The notes beneath the pieces were generated by a model, which was given only the letters and a program-made list of their open reading frames with translations, was not told the origin of the DNA and ran no database searches. Position numbers and translations under genes: made by a program. Shown one piece after another: positions 1 through 12,205 of a DNA stretch of 64,000 nucleotides. Each line of letters starts with the position of its first letter. Position 1 is the stretch's first letter. This DNA is from Lama glama (taxonomy: Eukaryota): assembly GCA_028534125.1 (NCBI GenBank), contig CM052832.1, positions 21,392,001-21,456,000 of the forward strand, read 5' to 3'.

Positions 1-240
1 CTGGGGACGTCCTTGAAAGTGTCTTCCTGATACAGGGAGACTGACACCTCTGGCACCTCTCTTTTTCCTTCTTCTATTGGAAGCAGACATGTCAGCTGGA
101 GGCGCCGAAGTTACACTACAACCAGGAGGCAACGAGCAAGAGGGAGTGGCTGAGAGAATCATGAGAAGACAAGTCACTGGCTTTGTTTCATCACCTACCT
201 GCGTGGACCCCAGGTCCTCCAGTGCCCTCTCTCGCCAGCA
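1..240 (+). mobile_element. Degenerate old MaLR LTR fragment (MLT1J/K/L-like)
   Basis: ttttccttcttc..tggaagcagacatgtcagctggaggc..accaggaggc resembles old MLT1 consensus; heavily diverged. Confidence 0.35.
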
Positions 241-400
241 CTCCCCATGCCTCGCGTCCTCTTCTGGTCCTCTGCCTCTCTAACCCACCACTCAAGCTCC
301 ACGTAGTGGCTTTCTCCTCTGCTGCCTGCCCACTAACCCCCAGCCCATTGCTGGATAAAGTTGATTGGCTCCATCACACATGTGAGGTTATTTGTTGTTG

Positions 401-762
401 TTTTTATTGTGGTAAGAACAGTTAACGTGAAATCTACCTACTGCAAGATTTTCAAATGTACAGTATAGTATTATTAACTGCAGACACAATGTCATACAGC
501 AGGTCTCCAGAACATAACTCATCTCCTGTAACTGAAATTTTACATCTGTTAAGCAGCAGCTCCCCACACCCTCACCCCCTGCCATCCTACTCTGTTTCTA
601 TGAGTCTAAGCATTTTAGGTCCCTCATGTCAGTGGAACCATGCAGTATTTTGTTCCCCTGTGACTGGCCTATTTCATTTAGCACAACCTCCTCCATGTGC
701 ATCCCTGTTGTCGCACATGGCAGGATTTTGTTCTTTTTTAAGGCTGAGTAATACTCCACTAT
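401..762 (-). mobile_element. L1 (L1MA/MB-type) 3' end fragment
   Basis: ttttattgtggtaagaaca..tacagtatagtattattaact..tctccagaac..tttcatttagcacaa..ttttaaggctgagtaatactccact is an antisense L1 3'UTR/ORF2 end. Confidence 0.8.
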
Positions 763-984
763 AGGCACACATCTAATTAAACCTCGGTTTTAACATTTCC
801 TTGGGCCTCATCTATAGTCAGAACCATACTCACTCAGCCCCATGGATAAAGGACAATGGAAAATGCTGGAACTTAATGACTTTGCCAGGCACTTCCAACT
901 TCTAGGTCTTGTATGACTCTACTTTCAAGATGGCTCAGTGATCTCTGCCTCCCTGTTCTCCCCCCATTATTGTTAGATAGAGTC

Positions 985-1190
985 ATGGGTGATGTTTTGG
1001 ACAGAAAGATCCGGGATCCTTTCCTGGTTCTGCCAGGAATGCCAAGTGACTTGTGAAGTAACTTAACTTCTTTCACCCTCAAATTCTTCCCTTGTGAAAT
1101 GAAACCATTTTTTGTGTCATTATGGACTGTTATCAAATACAAATGGGTTCTCAGACATGCACATAATAAGTACTTAATAGGCATTAGCCA
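985..1190 (+). mobile_element. MIR SINE
   Basis: gtgacttg..aagtaacttaacttct..cctcaaattcttcccttgtgaaatg core and cacataataagtacttaata tail. Confidence 0.65.
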
Positions 1191-2495
1191 TTAATTTTAA
1201 AAATTAATTAAGAATAATTTATTAGCGGGATCTATACCAGTAGGCAGACACCTCGGCCCCTTTGGGGCCACCATCAGCAATTCACTCATTGGCCCCAGCA
1301 TCACCCCAACTCCAAAGCTCCCTTTATTCTTGAGAGCAAAAAATGCATGGCCACAGACACATCCGATTAAATCTGTCTTTTAAGTTTCACTGTTTCAGTG
1401 GACGAAGCTGGGGTCGAATTAGAACATGGGGCAGACAAGACAGAGGAGGCTCAGGCGGCTGAGACGGGGATGAAGAAAACAAACTGGAAAATAGAAGGAA
1501 CCAGGACCAATGGACGTCGGCCCCGGAGACAGTCCTAGCTGGGTTCCTTTCTTCTCTGTTGCTGTTTCTGCTGTCTTTGGTTTAAAAATAAAGTATCCTG
1601 CTTTGGCTCTAATTCTGTCTTTTATCTTCATATTTGTAAGATTAAAGCTGCATAGCCTGCCCAAGACAAACTGCCATCTCAAGTGTCTGATGCCTGCTTG
1701 CGGGGGGGGGGGGGAGGGCTCAAGCCCGCCCCGAGGAGGCAAAACGCCCATGTAGTACGAGAACCTTATTGACTTAAGTTTCTGGATGGCTCTCCCAGGC
1801 AAGGAAAACCATCTCAAAAAACAAACAAACTCATAATCTGGGGTATTTCCCAGAAAAGACGCAGGTATGGTTTAGTAAGATGGGATTTGGTTTTGTTTTT
1901 CGAGCTTCAGCCGGGTGGTAAGAGGTCAGCTGTGTGTTGTAATCCACTCTGGTGCCTTCCTCCCGTAATCCTGACCACAGCCTGCTCAGAGCTATGTGGC
2001 GTGGTGATTAGCAAAATGAAATGTCATTTTCTAAGCATCTTCTCCTCGATACCTTCCCAAGTTACTGCTGAGTTTTCGAATGTTCTGGAAAGACTCTGGT
2101 GGTCAAAATTTCAGAGGAATTTCCCTCAGAGAAGGCTGTTCAAACTATTTCCCCTAAAATAAGTGAATGAGATGGAAAGAGAGCACGACTGAGATCTTGA
2201 GAATGGGTTAGAAGGAAAACCAGGTGGTGATGTGTGTGAAGAAAGAGGATTTTTAAAAATAAGAGCTGCATCACCTTCTGACCTGCAAACATGCACATCT
2301 GTGGGTATAAAGCCCTCCAGGCTGCCCCAGTCTGTTCAATGCACCACAATCTATTTCAAGCCCCGTTCTGGGTCCTGAACCTCCAGACAGGGAGGCACCA
2401 GCTCCGCCCTGTGGAGTGTGGGCTCTCCAAGGCCAGCCTGGAACAGAACCTGCCGCTTACACACACTTGACAAAGGTGTCAAACAAATAAATCAC

Positions 2496-2995
2496 NNNNN
2501 NNNNNNNNNNNNNNNNNNNNNNNNNNNNNNNNNNNNNNNNNNNNNNNNNNNNNNNNNNNNNNNNNNNNNNNNNNNNNNNNNNNNNNNNNNNNNNNNNNNN
2601 NNNNNNNNNNNNNNNNNNNNNNNNNNNNNNNNNNNNNNNNNNNNNNNNNNNNNNNNNNNNNNNNNNNNNNNNNNNNNNNNNNNNNNNNNNNNNNNNNNNN
2701 NNNNNNNNNNNNNNNNNNNNNNNNNNNNNNNNNNNNNNNNNNNNNNNNNNNNNNNNNNNNNNNNNNNNNNNNNNNNNNNNNNNNNNNNNNNNNNNNNNNN
2801 NNNNNNNNNNNNNNNNNNNNNNNNNNNNNNNNNNNNNNNNNNNNNNNNNNNNNNNNNNNNNNNNNNNNNNNNNNNNNNNNNNNNNNNNNNNNNNNNNNNN
2901 NNNNNNNNNNNNNNNNNNNNNNNNNNNNNNNNNNNNNNNNNNNNNNNNNNNNNNNNNNNNNNNNNNNNNNNNNNNNNNNNNNNNNNNNNNNNNNN
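2496..2995. other. Assembly gap (500 N)
   Basis: Run of exactly 500 N. Confidence 1.
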
Positions 2996-3029
2996 AATTT
3001 GGTCACTCTCAACTAGCCTCTGGAGGTAA

Positions 3030-3232
3030 GACGCGGTGGTGGGAAATGTTTAACAACCAGCTTTTCCAGCGGAAAAAAAAAAAGCCCTGATTGGTGGTTT
3101 TTGCTCATTTTCATGGGAGATTTTTAGCCACTCTGACATCTGTCCGACGTCATCGGACATGGAGTTGAGAAGTGACGTGTACACAAACGTCTTTCGAGGG
3201 CGTAAGGGCCAGTGCATGCAATTCCAGCCCAC
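3030..3232. mobile_element. hAT DNA transposon remnant, MER63-like
   Basis: gtgggaaatgtttaacaaccagct..aaaaaagccctgatt and gacgtca..ggagttgagaag resemble MER63 consensus from memory. Confidence 0.5.
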
Positions 3233-3250
3233 CAGTAGGATAAGGGCGGG

Positions 3251-3266
3251 CAGACAGACAGACAGA

Positions 3267-3297
<31 letters not shown>
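3251..3297. repeat. Compound (CAGA)n(CA)n microsatellite
   Basis: cagacagacagacagagacacacaca...cacac. Confidence 0.95.
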
Positions 3298-3299
<2 letters not shown>

Positions 3300-4294
3300 T
3301 ATATGTTACAGTGGAGGTAAATCTCAGACTGATTCGGCAAACACGTACCAGCAAACAGCCACACATGCAGTCACAGTGCGTGCTCTTCCAAGGTGAGTAA
3401 GACCCCAGGTCTCTGCCCACTGGCACATCCCAACAAGCCCTTTCTGAAAAACTCTCATTTGAGGCGCAAACTCCTCAACCCTGGCAGCAAGATCCAGTTG
3501 ACTTTCCAGGTAACAAAATCAGGGCCACACAAAAGGCCATTCCAAGGAGTACCAGGCTCACTGCCTCAAACTCTGCCTGTGCGACAGTCCAGCCAGTCCA
3601 CGCATCTTCCACACCGCTCGTCCTGACAATGAACGATGTCTCCTGACATCTCTTGTGCTGAAGCACAAAGCCTCTGCTGCTGATGGAGACAGCCAGGGAG
3701 TAAACCTTGAAGGCATTACCCTGGATGGAGGAGCAGAGGGCTGCAGACCCTAAGAGACCACCCCTGGGGGTGGGCACTCCCGACCAGAGTCAGGAACAAC
3801 TCACACTAACGATTCCAGAAGAGAGTAAAACGAGCGTTATGTATCTCTCACGGGCTGTCCTTTTGCAACATGGAAAGCCTGAGGTCTAAATGAAGCCAGG
3901 GCCAGCCTGGCTCCACACACCCCAGCGTCTGCCAGCGGGGGCAGCACTACTCTCGCCCCCCGTCAGCCTGCTTCTGCCTGGACAGGGAAAGCCAGGAAGC
4001 GTGAAGGCCTCTGAGGGACCGGACCACTGACTGGCCCCTCAGCCGCACTCATCTCAACTCCTGGTCTCCAGATTTGCCTGTAGGCCAAGTGTGTATTTGT
4101 TCTGAGTCTATTCCGGGCTTGGGTAAGCAGCTAAGGCCTTGGAAGCCCAGGAGACACAGGGGCCCAGGGCGAGAGCAAGGTGCTCAGGGGAACAGGAGCA
4201 TAAAGGTAACAGAAGACAGTGAGCAGCCCACGGAATACCAAGGTTTGGGCATCACCAGCCAAGACATGTGATATTCCCACCAGCTCACTTCATG

Positions 4295-4430
4295 GGATTT
4301 TGGCCAGTCTCCAGTGGCCACTAGTCATGTGACCCCAGGTAAGTCGTCTGGTCTTTTGAGCCTCTATTTTCTCATCTATAAAACAGGGAGCATTCCACCT
4401 TCCTCAGGGAGGCGTTGTCATTGAGTAATT
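4295..4430 (+). mobile_element. MIR SINE fragment
   Basis: tgtgaccccaggtaagtc..tgagcctctattttctcatctataaaacaggg MIR core. Confidence 0.7.
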
Positions 4431-4651
4431 CACGAAGAAGGGCCTCTGCCAGGCTGCCATATACGTCACGGGCCACTCAAATTGTCAATATTATTAATCC
4501 TGATGAGCTGATATCAGCCTAAAAATTAAAGCCAATTTCATGTGAGAAGAAAGTCTCTAAAAATGCAAAAATACACTCTATATCCCTCAAGTTTCCTCCT
4601 TCCTTGCATTTATTCCAAACCCAACGCGTTGAATCAACTTATCAGTCTAGC

Positions 4652-5023
4652 AGAGATTTATCATACTAAGTGAAGGAAATCAAAGACAAATACCATATAT
4701 CACTTATATGTGGAATCTAAAAAAATAATACAAATGAATTTATTTACGAAGCAGAAACGGACTCACAGACATGGAAAATAAACTTACGGTTACCAAAGGG
4801 GAAACAGTAGGGAGGGATAAACTGGGAGTTTGGGATTAGCAGATACAAACTATTAACTTATAAGACAGATAAGCAACAAGGTCCTACTGTCTAGCACAGG
4901 GTACTATATTCAATATTTTGTAATGACCTATAATGAAAAAGAATATATACATAAAACCAAATCACTGTGCTGTAGACCAGAAACTAACACAACACTGTAA
5001 ATCAACTGTATTCAATTTAAAAA
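4652..5023 (+). mobile_element. 5'-truncated cetartiodactyl L1 3' end
   Basis: gggataaactgggagtttgggattagcagatacaaacta..tagcacaggg..aatcaactgtattcaat + A tail; imperfect TSD ttatcagtct (4639-4648) / ttatcaatct (5026-5035). Confidence 0.9.
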
Positions 5024-6689
5024 TATTATCAATCTGTCAATTAATGATATCTTTTTAACATTATTTTGATTTCACACTCAAAGAAGATGGAGAAGCTCTG
5101 GGCAGGAACTGGGAGAAAAGGCAAAGTTATCATCTTTTTTACACACTAAAAAAGATAAGAGCTAAAAATAGTGCAGTAGTTATTCAGGAAAAGATCTAGA
5201 TTTGACAATCTCAGACTGTCATTTTTATTTCTGCTAGACTAGCATGCCTCCTACTGTTTTAACCTAGTTTTTAAAATTTATTTTATGCACTCCAGCAGCA
5301 TCCTGCCTGTCATGAGTAGTTTTTATTGCTCTGATATCTCATGCCAAGGATTTGTTGCCGCTGAGAACATCTTTAGGGGATAACATGATTTAATGATTAA
5401 GCCTCTGTAAGTAAACACGTAAGCATAAGCACATGCAAGAACGTATCATCCACACACACTCTCATGTTAACAAAGATTTTTCAACTCTGAAATATTGGCC
5501 CAAATCTCAGGACTTGGTGCTTTGTTCTTTCTGTTTGCCTAGTTGCCTCTAGTGCCTTGATTATGCATCTGGCAAAAGCATCACGCAGGCTCTGGCTGGT
5601 GGGCTGGTGACCACAGCATCCCTCTCCCTGGCCTGCTGTGGCCCCGGGGGACAGGGAGGTGAGTGAGGGCACAGCCTGGAGCCAGCCAGCCAGGGAGTGG
5701 GAGGGTGAGCTCAGCCCTTCCCCGCTCCCTCCGCCCCGTAGGAGGAGGCTGTGACACCAGCAGAAGCTGGCGTTTCCAGTCACAAGATCCCCAGGGTCCC
5801 GGCTCGGGAGGATGTGCCAGGGCTGTGGTTACTGCAGATGCAACCTGGCCATTGCTGCCCGGCTCAGGATCACCTCCAGAGCAGACGTCCCGGGACCGGC
5901 CGGGCCACCCCAGCTTTTCCCCAAGGCACCAGATTAGAGCCTCAAGACTGAGAGGCCGATATTAGCCTAATTCCTATTTTACATCATGAAGGAGGATGCC
6001 CGTAACCAAATAAAAAGGGTGATGAGAGGGAGCTCATTGGGGACACTTCCAAGCCAGCTCAGCCAACAGCAGGTACACACAGCTCTGGCCCTCACAGTTC
6101 TGGGCAGGGGGTCAGAGCTGTTACAGCCAGAGGACACCCGTGCGACCTGGAAACATCAGCCCACTGCGGGGAGAGGGAAGCAAGAGGGCACGAGAGGCTT
6201 CACACTTTCCAGAAATTGATCTCTCCACCTGAAGCTGCAGGGGGCTGTCCACCCTTCCACGGCCGGCAGGTTAGAGAATGTTCTGGATACGGAGAGGAGC
6301 ACCCGGCAGTGAGACTGGTTCCCAAGCACAAGCCATGGTCGTCCATTTGTAAAGGCAAAGGGGGTGGAAAGGGCAGCAGTGCAGACAGACAGCATGGGAC
6401 AGTGAGAGCTGAGACACACAGAAGACAGCCCACAGAGGCCGGCGGGAGGAGGGCTCAGAGGCAGGCGGAAAAGCGGGGAAGAGTGTTGCTCATGGTCCCC
6501 AGTGAGGTCTGACTCCTCCAGCGCGTGCTTAGGGACAGTCCTCTCGGCCACTCTCTCCTTCTGAAGCCCCTGCTGCTTTCCCGCTGCTGGTGTTGGTGGG
6601 GCTGCCTCTGCTCAGTTTCCACCAGGTTCCAGTCTCAAGGGGAGAAAGATGCCTATAGCCTCACAAGTAAGTCAAGTTCAGCCCCAAGA

Positions 6690-6998
6690 CAGTCGGCTCG
6701 ACTCTGGTGTCCAACGGGATTGTCCCAGGAACCCCGCAGTCCCCAGATCCACAGACGCTCAAGTCCCTCACATAAAATGGTGTAGTATCTGCGTATAACC
6801 TATGAACATCCTCCACTGTACTTTAAATCATCTTTAGATAACTTATAATACTTAATACAATGTAACTGCTATGTAAATAGTTGGCGGCACATGGCAAATT
6901 CAATTTCTGCTTTTTGGAACTTTTTCTCCCCAAACACTTTCAATCTGCCATTGGTTGAATCTGCAGACATGGAACCCACAGGTACAGAGGGCTGACTA
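6690..6998 (+). mobile_element. MER2/MER2B (TcMar-Tigger) MITE
   Basis: gctcaagtccct..ataaaatggtgtagta..tactttaaatcatct..ggcaaattcaa..ggttgaatctgcaga..gagggctgact; degenerate terminal inverted repeats. Confidence 0.85.
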
Positions 6999-7120
6999 TA
7001 TACAACAAAAGAATATAAATTCATTGTTTTATAAAGATCTACTTTTACTGACTTCTCAGAGGCCTTAAAGAAAACAATGGTATTAAAGAATAACGTACAC
7101 TCTCTATTAAAGATGTCTCT

Positions 7121-7472
7121 TGTTATAAAGTCAAATTATATCCCCCAAAATGATGTACTGAAGTCCTAACCTCCAGTACCTGTGAAGGTGAATTTATTTG
7201 CAAAGAGGGTCTTCACAAACGCAATCAAGTTAAGATGAGATTGTCAGGGTGGGCCCTTAATCTGTATGTCTGGTCTCCTTATGAAAGAGAGGACCCCATC
7301 TGAAGACAGACACACAGAGGGAAGAGGTCAGGAAGGACTTCCCCTAAAGGACCTGGACCGGCCAACATCTTAATTCCAGCTTCTAGCCTCCAGAACTGAG
7401 ACAGAACACATTTCTGTTGTCCTGCACCACTCAATTTGTGGTACTTCGTTACGGCAGCCCCAGGAAACTCAT
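7121..7472 (+). mobile_element. MaLR solo LTR (MLT1B/C-like)
   Basis: gaagtcctaacctccagtacctgtga..caagttaagatgag..cttctagcctccagaactgag..ttcgttacggcagcccca. Confidence 0.85.
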
Positions 7473-7863
7473 AAATCCCTTCTGTCCCTTGCTGGCCTGC
7501 AGGCCTTGTCCAAATGTTATGACCCTTTACTCTCTCTTCCCCAAGGCTGAGTCCCTTCCCAGGAAACTCCTTGGATCAAATGCAAACAGGTCTGGGTGCC
7601 CCTCCTCCCCCAGCCTTCCAGGTGCACCTGAGTCCTGGAATGAACACAGCTAATGCTCTGAAGCCAGCATTTCCATCATCTCTCTCTGAACCCTGTCATT
7701 TTTTCTAAACGTAGTCACGAGAGACACTGAAAACTTATCTTCAAAATTCTCATTTTCAACAGCATTTAACTGACAAACTACTATTAGGCTAACCATTCTT
7801 TTAGACAGGCGGGGGAGGTTCAAACGAAGCAGATGGCCTCTGCTTTCAAGAAGTGGATGTTTA

Positions 7864-7978
7864 GGAGGGAGGGTATAGCTCAGTGGTAGAGTGCATGCCC
7901 AAGGTCCTGGGTTCACTCCCCAGTATCTCCATTAAAAATAAATAAATAAACCTAATTACCACCCCCTTAAAAAAAAAA
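7864..7978 (+). mobile_element. tRNA-derived camelid SINE (Vic-1-like)
   Basis: gggagggtatagctcagtggtagag (A box) ..gtcctgggttcactccccagt (B box), aataaataaacctaattacc, polyA tail. Confidence 0.85.
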
Positions 7979-9509
7979 GAGCTGGATCCTTCCTGCTGGA
8001 AAGAAGAGAGTAAAACTATATACATATATATAAAGTGGACTTTAACAGGCTCTAATTAAATGTTAAACTGCAGTACAGAACTTAAGTTCTGAGAGAGTTC
8101 AGATAAATGGGCTCAGAGATGTCAGCAAAGGCTCCCTGAAGATGGGGCTGGAGGGGCGAGATGAAGAGAAGGGACGGTGGGGGGCTAATGTGGGACGGTG
8201 ATGCTCCTGCCTGCGTGCAGTGGAAGGCAGGCGAGTCCTAGGGAATAAAACTGTCCCCAGGTGGTGGAGGGATGTGACATTCAAGCAGAAGTCAAGTCCA
8301 TTTGCCTCTAAATTGCTAAGGGAAGTTGACGACTCTGCAGGGTAGAACCAGCAGAAAAATTAGCTAGTCTGACCCCGAGTTGTGATTTTCACTCTCTGCT
8401 TCTTTGCGTTTCTGAAATCCTCGGGGACTAGAGGTAAGTGCACACTTGCAAGAGCCATTCTCAAAGGATTAACAGAGCACTGAAATGTCATGGTGACTCT
8501 CCAGAACATTTTCTCCCTCTCCGTCATAAACATCATCACAGTCTAGGCCCCCACGAGGTGGGGAGGGAGCCTGGAAATGTATGAGGTGTCTTAAGTGTGC
8601 TCTCAGAGACAGGCTCCACAAATAGCCCTGCGAGCATTCCTCCACCCAGAGTTACGGACGCCAGATGCTGTTAGCAGCTTGTGACCGTGGAGACCAGAAA
8701 CAGGGGTCTGAGCCGTATCACCATCATCCGGCTTCTGGCGTTAAGGCTTTTATCAAGTTACTCACCCACCTACTAAGTGGAGAACATTCCTCTTTCCAGG
8801 AATGCTTTGGGGCTTCCCTCTTTGCATTCTTGGTCTGGGAACATAAAGCAGCTGAGTTGAAGGTGCCGAGTTCCGAAAAATCATGAAGATGGATTTTCAG
8901 AATGCCGATCTCTCTGAGTGCTTGAGAGTGGGGACCGGGGGTCCTAAACACCCACTTACACACTAGTGGGGGACCTGAGGATGAAACGTTCAGAGGTGTC
9001 ACCAGGACACTTCAATGCCCTGGCGATCCTTTGAGACATGTGTTTGCAAGTGAATACCTATCTCTGGTTTCTAAGGATTTTAGAAACTCCTAAGAATACT
9101 ATGTCCTCAGCGGCAACTCGTAATAATGCATCTGTGACGCACTGGCACTCCACCCCTTCCCCAGGCCGGGAGCTGCATGCTCTTTGGCTCCTCCTTCCAC
9201 TTGGGTGAACCGGGCAACTTTCCAGAATCTGCTACAAGTGTCCAGGCATGTTCACCACCCAAGCTGTCATCTAGAGAAAGTCTCTGTGCAGTTGTTTCGC
9301 CTCCTTCCTGCTCGGCCTGGAGACCTTACCTCCTGATCTACCTGGTGAGAGAGGCAGAGCCCCCTGGGGACCCTGTGACAGGAATCCAGGCTGGGGCTTT
9401 GCCCATCACCACATCACAGTTTCCCAAGTGCACCAGAGCGACATCTGCCATCTTTCCTCCTGTACACGTAACAAGTCCTTGAGTATAAATGTCTTCTTTT
9501 ATTAGAGAT

Positions 9510-9721
9510 CAGAGGGTCAGTGAACAATTTCTCTATAGGGCCAAATAATAAACCTTTTGGGCTTTGGGAGCCATACGGTCTCTGTCTCAGCGACTTGGTT
9601 CTGCCACCAGAGTGCAAGCCACAGATGATGTGTGAACAAATGAACGTGGCTGTGTGCCAATAAAACTTCATTTACAAAAATCAGGCAGGGGGACTGATTT
9701 AGTCTGCGGGCCATTCCCCTG
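9510..9721 (+). mobile_element. MER58A (hAT-Charlie)
   Basis: agggccaaataataaa..ccatacggtctctgtc..gtggctgtgtgccaataaaacttcatttacaaaaa..gcgggcca. Confidence 0.85.
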
Positions 9722-11776
9722 TTATAGATCTACATGCACAGGACTATGTTCGAACAGCCTACCGTAATTTTAGAACCACTTTCAGAGACGTCCTTGTTTC
9801 TTACCACCCTGCTAGGCAGGTAAGCCAGTGTTGTATACACTCATTTTTATATATAAGGCAATTGAGGTCACTAATGACTTATCTGATGCCAACAGTTAGA
9901 AACTCAAACAGGAGATTCAGACACAGGCCTTTTGTTTCAAAATCCAACATCTCTTCTTCCAGGCCAGTATTTTCCAGAATGTGTCTCTCCCTATTAATAG
10001 GTGTTATGTGAAAGTGGAGTTCTGGGGTCAAATAAGTTTGGGAAACTCCACATTAACCAAGGTTAAGGAGGCTTTTAATGTGTGTTATGAATCTCCAGGA
10101 GGGGATTATAGCATGCTGAGTCTTCCAAACATATTAGACGCCAGATCCCCTTTTATTCCTCCTGTCAAAACAGCTCTCAGGACTCTTGCTTCTTGGATCA
10201 GAGTCTAAGAAATCCTTCACCAAGCATAAACACAAGCTATAGGGAAGAAGACATTTCAGAGAAGGAATGTCAGAATGAGACAGGTTAAGGCCCTGGGGCA
10301 GCCCACCTAAGACAGGCCTTGGACTTGGAGCAAACCTTGACCCAGCAGAGGGATAACAGGATGAAACAGGGACCATCACACCCTAGACCCAAGTCCGACA
10401 CAAACCAGGTAAATGAAAGCAGCAGGGAGGGAGATGTATTCTGCTCTTCCCACGCCCTACCTGCTTCTGCTTTTTCTCCTTCTCAAGAGGAACTGCTGAT
10501 CTGATTGGTCACACTCCAAGCTGATGGCTGGGCCTCTCTTCCCTCACAGCCTCCCGAGTAGAGGGCATAGGCTCAAGCCAAGAAGCAGCAGGGGGTTTGG
10601 TTATAGGCCACAGTTTCTGAAAAAATACTCCTTTTTATGATGCCAGATGTCAATTACAAAGAGTATAATATTTCACTGAGCTAATCAAAGAATTGAGTGT
10701 CCCCTGCAAGAGGTTTAGATACTTGGAAGGCATTATGGCTGGAAAATCCAAGAATGTCTGAATGCTGACTGCAAATACCCCATCTCTCTCCAGGATTCTG
10801 GAATGAGTGATGCTCAAGGAACAAGGACAAGGTAAGAATCAAAATGCACAGTCTTAGTAACAGCACACGTGCTCCGAAACCCCCCATACTGGCTTCTGAC
10901 AAAACCAGGATTGGAGTCCACAGCTGAGGCTCAAGTCTGAACGAGGGCTCCTCTCCTCACCGTTTATCACCAAATCCAAGAATTGGGACCAGCACGCTGG
11001 GACATGTTCACGGGGAGCTAGAGTTTATAACCTGGCAGGGCCTTAAGAGAGGTATTGACTCAACGTACCAGGAGTGCTGCACTTTGTGGAAGAAGATGTG
11101 CAGGAGAGTAACGGCGTGTGAGCCTCAGGGAGCAGGGGCAGGAAGCATGTGGAAGAAGGGAGTATTTCATTTTACAGACCCGTCCCCAGGTCTCACGTGA
11201 GTCTGTGGGCTGCATGCCAAAGAAATGCATGCTAGTCAGTTGAGGTCCTCTGCGTCTTCATCTTTGGCCAGCTCACCAGGGAGTATTCTGGGATGCTGAG
11301 GACATTCTCCCCCTTACCCTCCTTTAAGGAGGATGAGTCAACAAATAGTAAATGAGTGTCTCCGATTGCAAGAAGATAGAGAATCATTGCCTTTGAAAGA
11401 GCTTGTGGGAGAAACTTACCAGGAGATGCAGCAAAGTGGGCAGGACATGGTCCTTGGCAGAATCTGGGCAAGACAGTTGGAGAAATAGCCTCTCTCTCCT
11501 TTTGTGAATGAGGGCTCCTTGTGCTTGGAGGCACCTGAGAAAGGCTTGCAATTTCCAGAGACCAGAGTGTACCTGCAAGACCATTATCAGTTTAGAATAA
11601 AAGTCATTTCTCTCCCTAAACAATGTATAATCTTACACATCTACCTTAAAATCTTTTTGGAATAAATTAAGGCATATAAAAAGAAAAATACATTTATGAG
11701 AATCAATCTACCAATTTATAATATTGCACCTATTTCTAAACATTTTCCTATGTGCAAACAATCGGCTTTGGGGACT

Positions 11777-12205
11777 GCAGAGGGCTAGATGGTGGCCCCC
11801 TAAAAGAGATGCCCACATCCTAATCCCCAGAACTTGTGAAAGTGATTTTATTTGGAAAAAAGGTCTTTGCAAATGTAATGAAGTTAGAATCTTGAGATGA
11901 AGAGAGCATCGTAGGTTATTCAGGTAGGTCCTCAATCCAATGACAAGTATCCTTAATAGAGACACACAGAGGAAGATGAAGGCAGAGATAAGAAAGATGC
12001 AGCTACAAGCCAGGGAAGGCCAACAGTCATGAGAAGCTGGAAGAGGCACGGAACACACTCTCCCCTAGAGCGTTCAGAGAGAGTAAAGCTCTGTTGACAT
12101 CTTGCTTTTGGACTTCTAGCCTCAGAACTGGGAGAGAGAAAGTTTCTGTTGTTTCAAGTCACCAGTATATGATAATCTGTTATAGCAGCGCTGGAAATGA
12201 ATGCA
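11777..12205 (+). mobile_element. MaLR solo LTR (MLT1C/D-like)
   Basis: cacatcctaatccccagaacttgtgaa..ggaaaaaaggtctttgca..aatccaatgacaagtatcctt..ggacttctagcctc..gttatagcagc. Confidence 0.85.

Noticed and set aside
2418..3029. Long ORFs of 177-203 aa
   Set aside because: They are translations of the N gap.
3140..3160. Hairpin tgtccga-cgtca-tcggaca as a miRNA
   Set aside because: Only a 7-bp stem, inside a DNA-transposon remnant.
3924..3948. CTCF site ccagcgggggcagc
   Set aside because: One base short of the core spacing, so a poor match.
5600..6600. CpG island or promoter
   Set aside because: GC-rich, but CpG looks depleted relative to GpC/TpG and there is no promoter architecture; not computed.
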